A DNA stretch of 64,000 nucleotides from Solirubrobacterales bacterium. Its GTDB lineage: Bacteria; Actinomycetota; Thermoleophilia; Solirubrobacterales; 70-9. Both the position numbers and the translations under genes were made by a program. The first letter of the stretch is position 1. The number at the start of each line of letters is the position of its first letter. Of this stretch, positions 57,089 through 64,000 are shown piece after piece. The stretch lies in contig DATADX010000029.1 of NCBI GenBank assembly GCA_036258315.1, positions 32,769 to 96,768 on the forward strand, in the 5' to 3' direction. The notes beneath the pieces are model-generated. The model saw only the letters and a list, made by a program, of their open reading frames with translations. It made no database searches and was not told the DNA's origin.

Positions 57089-58881
57089 TGACCTTCCAGG
57101 GCTGGGTCCAGATCGCGATCTTCTTCATCGTCCTGACGGCGCTGACGCCCGTGCTCGGCGCGTACATGGCGCGCGTCTACACCGGTCGGCCGATCCTTCT
57201 CGAGCGAGCCTTCGGGCCGGTCGAGCGGCTCGTCTATCGCCTGATCGGTCCCTCGAGTCGCGTCGAGCAGGACTGGAAGGCTTACGGGCGCACGACGATC
57301 GTCTTCAGCGCCGTCTTCTTCGTGATCCTGTACGTGATCCTCCGTACCCAGGGGATCCAGCCGTTCAACCCCGAGGGCTTCGACTCGGCGCCCTGGGACG
57401 TCACCTTCAACACCACCTCGTCGTTCGTGACCAACACGAACTGGCAGTACTACGGCGGCGAGACGACGATGTCGTACTTCTCGCAGATGGCGGGGCTCGC
57501 GGTACAGAACTTCGTCTCGGCGGCGGTCGGGATGGCCGTCCTCGCCGCCGTGATTCGCGGGTTCGTCAGCCGCGGCAGCGCCGAGCTCGGCAACTTCTGG
57601 CGCGACGTCACCCGCACCTTGCTCTACATCCTCCTCCCCCTCGCCTTCATCGGCGCGCTGATCCTCGTCTCCCAGGGAGTGGTCCAGACGCTGTCCGGAT
57701 CGGCCAGCTTCCAGACGCTGACGGGCGTCGACCAGACCCTCGCCCTGGGCCCGGCCGCCTCGCAGATCTCGATCAAGCAGCTCGGCACCAACGGCGGCGG
57801 CTTCTTCAACGTCAACAGCGCCTTCCCGTTCGAGAACCCGACCCAGTTCTCGAACTTCGTCGAGCTTCTCTTCATCCTCCTGATCCCGGCCGCGCTGACG
57901 GCGACATTCGGGCGGATGGCGGGCAACCGCCGCCAGGGCTGGGCCCTCTACGCCGCGATGGCGCTGATGCTCGTGGTCTCGATCGGCGTCGCCTACGCGG
58001 CCGAGCAGAACGGCTCTCCGGCCCAGGAGAACGCCGGGATCGAGGCCAGCGCCGGATCCACCGACGTCGACGTGCAGGACTCCGGCGCGCAGACCGGCGG
58101 CAACCTCGAGGGCAAGGAGCAGCGCAACGGGATCGTCGCCAGCGCCGAGTGGAGCAGTGTCACCACCGCGGCATCGAACGGCTCGGTCAACTCCGCGCTC
58201 GACTCCTACACGGGGATCGGCGGCCTCGCCCCGATGTTCAACATGATGACCGGCGAGGTGATCTTCGGCGGGGTCGGCTCGGGCCTCTACGGGATGCTCC
58301 TGTTCGTCCTTCTCGCAGTCTTCATCGCGGGGCTGATGGTCGGCCGGACCCCCGAGTACCTCGGCAAGAAGATCGAGGCGCGCGAGGTGAAGCTGGTGAT
58401 GATCGGGACGATCGTCGTGCCGCTGCTGGTCCTCGTCGCCACCGCGATAGCGATCTCGAGCAAGTACGGGGACCCGTCCATCTACAACCCCGGCCCGCAG
58501 GGCTTCTCCGAGACTCTCTATGCCTACACCTCCCAGGGCAACAACAACGGCTCGGCCTTCGCCGGCTACACCGGCTTCGTACAGCCGAACGCGCCCGGCA
58601 ACACCGGGTCCTACGGGATCAGCTTCGCCGACCTGCTCGGCGGCCTCTCGATGCTGTTCGCGCGCTTCGTGCCGCTCATCGCGGCGCTCGCGGTGGCCGG
58701 CTCGCTGTCGGTGAAGCGGATCTCGCCGGTCGGCCCGGGCACGTTCCGCACCGACACGCCGACCTTCGTGCTGCTCCTGATCTTCGTCGTCCTGCTCGTC
58801 GCGGCGCTGACCTTCTTCCCCGCCGTCCTGCTCGGCCCAGTCGTGCAGGGCCTGACCGATTCCCTCGTCTTCCCCAAGTGA
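57088..58881 (+). CDS. kdpA: Potassium-transporting ATPase subunit A
   Basis: 597 aa polytopic protein with selectivity-filter-like segments (TNTNWQ, GTNGGGF). Confidence 0.95.
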   Translation: MTFQGWVQIAIFFIVLTALTPVLGAYMARVYTGRPILLERAFGPVERLVYRLIGPSSRVEQDWKAYGRTTIVFSAVFFVILYVILRTQGIQPFNPEGFDSAPWDVTFNTTSSFVTNTNWQYYGGETTMSYFSQMAGLAVQNFVSAAVGMAVLAAVIRGFVSRGSAELGNFWRDVTRTLLYILLPLAFIGALILVSQGVVQTLSGSASFQTLTGVDQTLALGPAASQISIKQLGTNGGGFFNVNSAFPFENPTQFSNFVELLFILLIPAALTATFGRMAGNRRQGWALYAAMALMLVVSIGVAYAAEQNGSPAQENAGIEASAGSTDVDVQDSGAQTGGNLEGKEQRNGIVASAEWSSVTTAASNGSVNSALDSYTGIGGLAPMFNMMTGEVIFGGVGSGLYGMLLFVLLAVFIAGLMVGRTPEYLGKKIEAREVKLVMIGTIVVPLLVLVATAIAISSKYGDPSIYNPGPQGFSETLYAYTSQGNNNGSAFAGYTGFVQPNAPGNTGSYGISFADLLGGLSMLFARFVPLIAALAVAGSLSVKRISPVGPGTFRTDTPTFVLLLIFVVLLVAALTFFPAVLLGPVVQGLTDSLVFPK

Positions 58882-58884
58882 GCC

Positions 58885-59529
58885 ATGCGTAGAGACCTGA
58901 CTGCATCCATCGTCGCCGCCGTCGTCTTCACCGTCCTGTGCGGCCTCGCCTACCCGCTGTTCACCACCGGGGTGGCGCAGGTCCTGTTCAGCGACAAGGC
59001 CGACGGTAGTCGCGTCGAGCGCGACGGGGAGATCGTCGGCTCGAGCCTGATCGCGCAGAACTTCATGACGCGCGAGGAGATCCCGGAGGCCGAGCGCGGC
59101 AAGTTCGGCAAGAAGCAGGTCAAGACCCCGGACCCGAGCTACTTCCAGCCTCGGCCCTCAGTGACCGGCTACTCGGCCAACGTCACCTTCTTCAACAACC
59201 TTGGGCCGAACAACAAGGAGCTGTCGCAGATGTTCCGCGGCTTCCTCGACGCGTACCTCGAGCTGGAGGAGCCCTTCACCCCGGGCCTCGGCGAGGGCGA
59301 CGTGCCCGTCGACGCGGTCACGACCTCGGCCTCGGGCGTCGATCCGCACATCTCGGTTGCGAATGCGCGCATCCAGGCGAACCGCGTCGCCGAGGTCCGG
59401 GGCCTGGATCCCGATCGGGTCAACGAGCTGATCGACGACAACACCGACAACCGCGATCTGGGAGTGCTGGGCGAGAGCGGAGTGAACGTGCTCGAGCTCA
59501 ACCTGGCGCTCGATGAGGAGGGCCAGTGA
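58885..59529 (+). CDS. kdpC: Potassium-transporting ATPase subunit C
   Basis: 214 aa. N-terminal TM, GLAYPL, FQPRPS and [18 protein letters not shown] motifs. Confidence 0.9.
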   Translation: MRRDLTASIVAAVVFTVLCGLAYPLFTTGVAQVLFSDKADGSRVERDGEIVGSSLIAQNFMTREEIPEAERGKFGKKQVKTPDPSYFQPRPSVTGYSANVTFFNNLGPNNKELSQMFRGFLDAYLELEEPFTPGLGEGDVPVDAVTTSASGVDPHISVANARIQANRVAEVRGLDPDRVNELIDDNTDNRDLGVLGESGVNVLELNLALDEEGQ

Positions 59530-61628
59530 GCACGCACGACACCGTCGTCGGCAAGGCGGAGGCGCGCACCCAGCGCGGCAGCTCGTCGATCTTCAATCGC
59601 GCGCTGCTCAAGCCCGCGCTGATCTCGAGCTTCACCAAGCTCGACCCGCGCCATCAATTCCACAACCCGGTCATGTTCGTGGTCGAGATCGGCGCGGCGA
59701 TCACCACGATCGGCTGGCTGATCCAGGTATTCAGCGGCGAGCCGCTCGGCGGCGGAAACGAGCCCGCCTGGTTCACCTTCACCGTCGCGAGCTGGCTCTG
59801 GCTCACCGTCATCTTCGCGAACCTCGCGGAGGCGCTCGCGGAGGGCCGCGGCAAGGCCCAGGCCGACGCGCTCCGCGCCACGCGCACCGAGACCGTCGCG
59901 AAGCTGCGCGATGGCGGCGACAAGCCCGCCTCCGAGCTGGCCCCTGGCGACGTCGTGGTCGTCGAGGCCGGAGAGGTCATCCCCGGCGACGGAACCGTGA
60001 TCGAGGGTATCGCCTCGGTCGACGAGTCGGCGATCACCGGCGAGTCCGCCCCCGTGATCCGGGAGGCCGGCGGCGACCGCAGCGCGGTCACCGGCGGCAC
60101 GCGCGTTCTCTCGGACCGGATCGTCGTCCAGATCACCCAGGAGCCCGGCAAGAGCTTCCTCGACCGGATGATCGCCTTGGTCGAAGGTGCGGAGCGCCGC
60201 AAGACGCCGAACGAGATCGCGCTCAACATCCTGCTCGCCGGGCTGACGATCATCTTCCTGATCGCTGTCGTCACCCTGGATCCGTTCGCCGAGTTCTCGG
60301 GCACCGACGCGTCCGTCACGACGCTGATCGCGCTGCTGGTCGCCCTGATTCCGACCACGATCGGGGCGCTCCTGTCCGCGATCGGGATCGCGGGCATGGA
60401 CCGGCTCGTGCGCCGTAACGTGCTCGCGCTCTCGGGCCGAGCCGTCGAGGCCTCCGGCGACGTCGACGTGCTGCTGCTGGACAAGACCGGGACGATCACC
60501 CTCGGCAACCGCGAGGCGACGGAGTTCATCTCGATGCCCGGTGTCGATACGGCGGACCTTGCCGAGGTCGCTCAGATCTCCTCCCTGGCCGACGAGACCC
60601 CGGAGGGCCGCTCGATCGTCGTGCTCGCGAAGCAGTTCGGCATCCGCGAGCACGAGTTCGCCGCGCACGAGGCCAACTTCATCCCCTTCTCCGCACAGAC
60701 GCGGATGAGCGGCGTCGACGTGAACGGCCGCCGCCTGCGCAAGGGCGCGGGCGACGCGATCCGCGCCTGGGTGGAGTCCGAGGGCGGGCGGGCCCCCAAC
60801 GAGCTCCAGGGCGCCCTGGACCGGGTCGGCAGCGAGGGCGGCACTCCGCTCGCCGTCGCGCGCGATAGCCAGGTGCTCGGGGTGATCTACCTCAAGGACG
60901 TGGTCAAGGAGGGCATGCGCGCTCGTTTCGACCAGCTGCGCGCAATGGGCATCCGCACGGTGATGGTCACGGGCGACAACCGGCTGACCGCCGCGAAGAT
61001 CGCGGACGAGTCAGGGGTCGACGACTTCCTCGCCGAGGCGACGCCGGAGCGCAAGCTCGAGCTGATTCGCCACGAGCAGGCCGATGGGCGCCTGATCGCG
61101 ATGACCGGAGACGGCACGAACGATGCGCCCGCGTTGGCCCAGGCGGACGTCGGCGTGACCATGAACACGGGCACCCAGGCCGCCCGCGAGGCTGGAAACA
61201 TGGTCGATCTCGATTCGAATCCGACGAAGCTGATCGAGATCGTCGAGGTGGGCAAGCAGCTGCTGATCACCCGCGGCGCGCTGACGACGTTCTCGATCGC
61301 CAACGACGTCGCCAAGTACTTCGCGATCCTGCCGGCGATCTTCGCCGCGACCTACGCGGCGGCTGGAGAGGAAACCGGCCCGCTCGACAAGCTCAACATC
61401 ATGGACTTGGGCACGCCACAGTCGGCGATCATCTCGGCGATCATCTTCAACGCGCTGCTCATCCCGCTGCTGGTGCCCCTCGCCCTGCGCGGTGTCCGCT
61501 ACCGGCCCCTGGGAGCGACGGCACTGCTCCGGCGTAACCTCTGGATCTATGGCCTCGGCGGGATCATCGTGCCGTTCATCGGCATCAAGCTGATCGATCT
61601 GGTGGTCCATGGCGTCTTCGGTGCCTGA
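59526..61628 (+). CDS. kdpB: Potassium-transporting P-type ATPase subunit B
   Basis: 700 aa. DKTGTIT, MVTGDN and [10 protein letters not shown] motifs. GTG start forms a GTGA overlap with kdpC. Confidence 0.95.
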   Translation: MSTHDTVVGKAEARTQRGSSSIFNRALLKPALISSFTKLDPRHQFHNPVMFVVEIGAAITTIGWLIQVFSGEPLGGGNEPAWFTFTVASWLWLTVIFANLAEALAEGRGKAQADALRATRTETVAKLRDGGDKPASELAPGDVVVVEAGEVIPGDGTVIEGIASVDESAITGESAPVIREAGGDRSAVTGGTRVLSDRIVVQITQEPGKSFLDRMIALVEGAERRKTPNEIALNILLAGLTIIFLIAVVTLDPFAEFSGTDASVTTLIALLVALIPTTIGALLSAIGIAGMDRLVRRNVLALSGRAVEASGDVDVLLLDKTGTITLGNREATEFISMPGVDTADLAEVAQISSLADETPEGRSIVVLAKQFGIREHEFAAHEANFIPFSAQTRMSGVDVNGRRLRKGAGDAIRAWVESEGGRAPNELQGALDRVGSEGGTPLAVARDSQVLGVIYLKDVVKEGMRARFDQLRAMGIRTVMVTGDNRLTAAKIADESGVDDFLAEATPERKLELIRHEQADGRLIAMTGDGTNDAPALAQADVGVTMNTGTQAAREAGNMVDLDSNPTKLIEIVEVGKQLLITRGALTTFSIANDVAKYFAILPAIFAATYAAAGEETGPLDKLNIMDLGTPQSAIISAIIFNALLIPLLVPLALRGVRYRPLGATALLRRNLWIYGLGGIIVPFIGIKLIDLVVHGVFGA

Positions 61629-62787
61629 GACAAGCACTGCCTCGGGGGCCGAGAGACAGAGCGGACGCCACAAGATCTTCCTGGGCATGGCGGCGGGGGT
61701 GGGAAAGACGTACCGGATGCTGCAGGAGGGCCACGCGCAGCAGGAGGCCGGCCGCGATGTGGCGATCGGCTACCTCGAGACCCATCGTCGCGAGGAGACG
61801 GCGACGGTAGCCGAGGGGCTCGAGCTGATTCCGCGCCGGCGCGTCACCTACCGCGACACCGAGCTCGAGGACATGGACCTCCCCGCGGTGATCGCGAGGA
61901 AGCCGCAGCTGGCGCTGATCGACGAGATCGCGCATACCAACGCTCCGGGCCTCGAGCACAGGAAGCGCTTCGAGGACGTCGAGGACGTGCTGGCCGCCGG
62001 GATCGACGTGTTCTCTACCGTCAACGTTCAGCACCTGGAGAGCCTCAATGACCAGGTGGCCGAGCTGACGGGAGTGCGGGTGCGCGAGACGATGCCCGAC
62101 TCGGTCCTGGGCGCCGCGGACGAGGTGGTGCTGATCGACCTCACCCCGGAGGCCCTGCTCGAGCGGCTGCGCGCCGGCAAGATCTACCCTGGCGAGACGC
62201 GGATCGAGGCGGCGCTGCAGAACTTCTTCAAGATCGAGAACCTGGCGGCGCTGCGCGAGATCGCGTTGCGCCAGGTGGCCCAGGAGGTCGTGGCGAAGCG
62301 GCTCACCCGGGAGGTCGTCGGCGGCCGCGAGGACCGCGTGCTCGACACCGCCGCGACCCAGGCGGTCGGCGAGCGGCTCCTGGCGATGGTCAAGCCCGAC
62401 AGGCGCGGCCAGCGGATCGTCCGCCGCGCGTGGCGCTCGGCGCAGCGGCTGGGCGGCGAGCTCGACCTGCTCTGGGTGCGGCCGCCGGCGACGCACCCCG
62501 AGGACGAGAGCGACGACGTCGACGCGCTGCGCAGGCTGTCGTCGGTGCTCGGCGCCAACCTGATCATCGAGGAGGGCGACGACGTCGTCGAGGTCGCGAA
62601 GCGGGTCGCGGCCGAGCGCGGCACCACCTACGTGCTGATCGGGACCCCGCGCCGGCGCGGCATTCTGTCCTGGTTCGCCGACCCGCTCCCCGTCCGGCTC
62701 GTCAAGGAGCTGCCGGGGATCGACGTCCGGATCATCGCGGACCGGGCCCTGCGCGAGAACGGCGAGGAGAGCTGGGACGGCGAATGA
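61609..62787 (+). CDS. Stand-alone KdpD N-terminal sensor domain plus Usp domain, no kinase
   Basis: 392 aa. [18 protein letters not shown]-loop, [12 protein letters not shown], then a Usp-like segment. Overlaps the kdpB end by 20 nt. Confidence 0.85.
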   Translation: MASSVPETSTASGAERQSGRHKIFLGMAAGVGKTYRMLQEGHAQQEAGRDVAIGYLETHRREETATVAEGLELIPRRRVTYRDTELEDMDLPAVIARKPQLALIDEIAHTNAPGLEHRKRFEDVEDVLAAGIDVFSTVNVQHLESLNDQVAELTGVRVRETMPDSVLGAADEVVLIDLTPEALLERLRAGKIYPGETRIEAALQNFFKIENLAALREIALRQVAQEVVAKRLTREVVGGREDRVLDTAATQAVGERLLAMVKPDRRGQRIVRRAWRSAQRLGGELDLLWVRPPATHPEDESDDVDALRRLSSVLGANLIIEEGDDVVEVAKRVAAERGTTYVLIGTPRRRGILSWFADPLPVRLVKELPGIDVRIIADRALRENGEESWDGE

Positions 62788-63329
62788 CCGTCGCGGTGAT
62801 AGCGATCGTGCTCGCGCTCGCGATCGGCGGGGGCGCCTACTGGTTCCTGCGCATCCGGGAGCGGCCGGCGACCGCCGTGCCGGGAGCGCGGCGGATCCTC
62901 TTCCCCTTCGTCGGGTCCGAGCTCTCGAAGTCCTCCCTCGATGCCGCTCTGCGCCTCGCGCGCGCCGAGGACGCCACCCTGGTCGCCGCCTACCTCGCGG
63001 AGGTGCCGCTGACGCTGCCGCTGGACACCGCTCTGCCGCGCCAGTCTGAGCAAGCTCTCCCGATCCTCGAGGCGATCGAGCAGCGCGCCGCCCGTAGCGG
63101 GGTCGTCCTCGACACCCGGATCGAGCGCGGCCGCACGACCCGCCACGCGCTGGCGGAGCTGCTCGAGCACGCGCGCTTCGACCGCATTGTCGCTCCGGCC
63201 GCGACGGCGGACTCCGACGGGTTCAGCCCCGAGGACATCGCCTGGCTGCTCGAGCATGCCGGCGGGGAGATCGTCGTCTTCCGTCCCGACGGGACGCGGA
63301 CGCTGACCCCATCGGGAGCGCCTGCTTGA
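62784..63329 (+). CDS. Membrane-anchored Usp-like protein
   Basis: 181 aa. N-terminal TM (VAVIAIVLALAIGGGAYWFL) followed by a Usp-like fold pattern (ILFPFVGSE...ALRLA...LVAAYL). ATGA overlap with the preceding gene. Confidence 0.55.
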   Translation: MTVAVIAIVLALAIGGGAYWFLRIRERPATAVPGARRILFPFVGSELSKSSLDAALRLARAEDATLVAAYLAEVPLTLPLDTALPRQSEQALPILEAIEQRAARSGVVLDTRIERGRTTRHALAELLEHARFDRIVAPAATADSDGFSPEDIAWLLEHAGGEIVVFRPDGTRTLTPSGAPA

Positions 63330-63575
63330 ATACTCGGACCGGAGAAAGGAGGTGGTCCTAACTTGAGTTCGATGCTTTTCGGGACACCGGAGGTGCAGGG
63401 CCCCTAGGCCCGGGCACTGGGAGGCGAGCGGGCCTCCCATGACGTGTCCGAGGGCCGCAGGCGCCGCGCGGGCGCTGGGCGGAATCCAACCCGGGCACCG
63501 ACGGGCGACAGGAGATGGGAGCTGTCCCGCCCCATCGCCAATCCCGAGCCCGTACACCGCGCTATACGGCAGCAA

Positions 63576-63608
63576 CCGAAGGGCCGCCCCGTTGGGGCGG
63601 CCCTTCGG
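63576..63608. terminator. Perfect 15-bp GC hairpin, possible factor-independent terminator without T-tract
   Basis: CCGAAGGGCCGCCCC-GTT-GGGGCGGCCCTTCGG, about 250 nt after the last kdp-locus gene and 85 nt before the next ORF. Confidence 0.45.
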
Positions 63609-63692
63609 GTCTCAGAGATCGAGCCGAGGCCCTTGGACGGCCAGCGGTGAGCAAGGAACCAGCCTGCGAGGGACTGTAGGGTCCGTCGCGAC

Positions 63693-64000
63693 ATGGATGC
63701 CGGAGGGACATCCTGGACGGGGAGAGTGCAGATCGCGGCACTCGCGTTCGTGGGGCTCGCAGCCCTGGCGCTGGCCGCTCCGCCGGCGACCCCGGCCGCC
63801 CAGCCCACCGTCTGGCTCTGCAAGCCCGGGGCCGATCCCAACCCCTGCTACTCGAGCCTGCAGACGACCGTGATCGATCCGGACGGCGGCTCCCGCGTCG
63901 CCGAGGTCCGCATCGCGCGCAGGCCGAAGATCGACTGTTTCTACGTCTACCCGACCGTCAGCGAAGATCCGGGGCCGAACTCCGACCTGATCGCAGACCC
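63693..64000 (+). CDS. Secreted protein, 5' part only (DUF3089-like alpha/beta hydrolase candidate)
   Basis: Manual translation gives MDAGGTSWTGRVQIAALAFVGLAALALAAPPATPAAQPTVWLCKPG...KIDCFYVYPTVS. It has a signal peptide and a CFYVYPT motif recalled from DUF3089. It runs off the window. Confidence 0.5.
   Translation, partial: MDAGGTSWTGRVQIAALAFVGLAALALAAPPATPAAQPTVWLCKPGADPNPCYSSLQTTVIDPDGGSRVAEVRIARRPKIDCFYVYPTVSEDPGPNSDLIAD

Noticed and set aside
63330-63692. A known structured RNA gene (tRNA, tmRNA, SRP RNA, RNase P RNA, 6S RNA, hammerhead).
   Set aside because: None of the expected signatures is present: no tRNA cloverleaf or GGUUCGAAUCC-type T-arm can be paired, there is no SRP GGAAGCAGCC motif, there is no RNase P GAGGAAAGUCCGGGC block, and there is no CUGAUGA/GAAA hammerhead core. 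The region is left as an unexplained structured spacer.

Overview
High-GC (roughly 70%) bacterial chromosomal window. The actinobacterial-type IHF gene (mihF) and the overall synteny suggest a deep-branching Actinomycetota lineage, but taxonomy cannot be confirmed from sequence alone. Content is almost entirely core housekeeping, arranged in long co-directional arrays that are often start/stop-overlapped.

Minus strand, right to left:
- rpiR, pdxST and an M29 aminopeptidase.
- A DUF559 gene and a P-domain gene.
- yebC-ruvCAB, a Zn-ribbon/PAS ORF, secDF, a small membrane protein, recJ and rel.
- A SAM-I riboswitch unit: ThrC paralog, MoaD-like carrier, GH31, rfbF and rfbG.
- rnz.
- pyrR-pyrB-pyrC-(isochorismatase)-carA-(NTF2-like)-carB-pyrK-pyrD.
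- mihF-gmk-rpoZ-coaBC, a TPR gene, dtd and a lipoprotein.
- rimP-nusA-infB, DUF503, rbfA-nrnA-truB-ribF.

Plus strand:
- An alpha/beta hydrolase and tRNA-Arg(CCG).
- corA, HIT, PMM/PGM, MBL, a lipid kinase and a second HIT gene.
- A complete kdp locus.

No CRISPR array, transposase, integrase or recognisable defence island was seen.

Most notable observations:
1. A clear S-box riboswitch drives a zinc-ribbon ThrC paralog and a GG-Ala sulfur-carrier protein. This is a candidate thiocarboxylate-dependent homocysteine route, and it appears coupled to a secreted GH31 enzyme.
2. The kdp locus has order F-A-C-B, KdpD functions are spread over three genes, and an extra 26-codon hydrophobic sORF overlaps kdpF.
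3. Two non-pyrimidine genes are wedged by 4-nt overlaps inside the pyr/car operon.
4. A Zn-ribbon/PAS-like ORF sits where yajC normally lies.
5. NusA, RecJ, SecDF and PdxT carry unusual extensions.
6. Several structured or repetitive intergenic regions are unexplained.

Many long ORFs in the six-frame track are alternative-frame or antisense artefacts of the high GC content and were rejected. All domain calls come from reading motifs by eye, and no database search was run.
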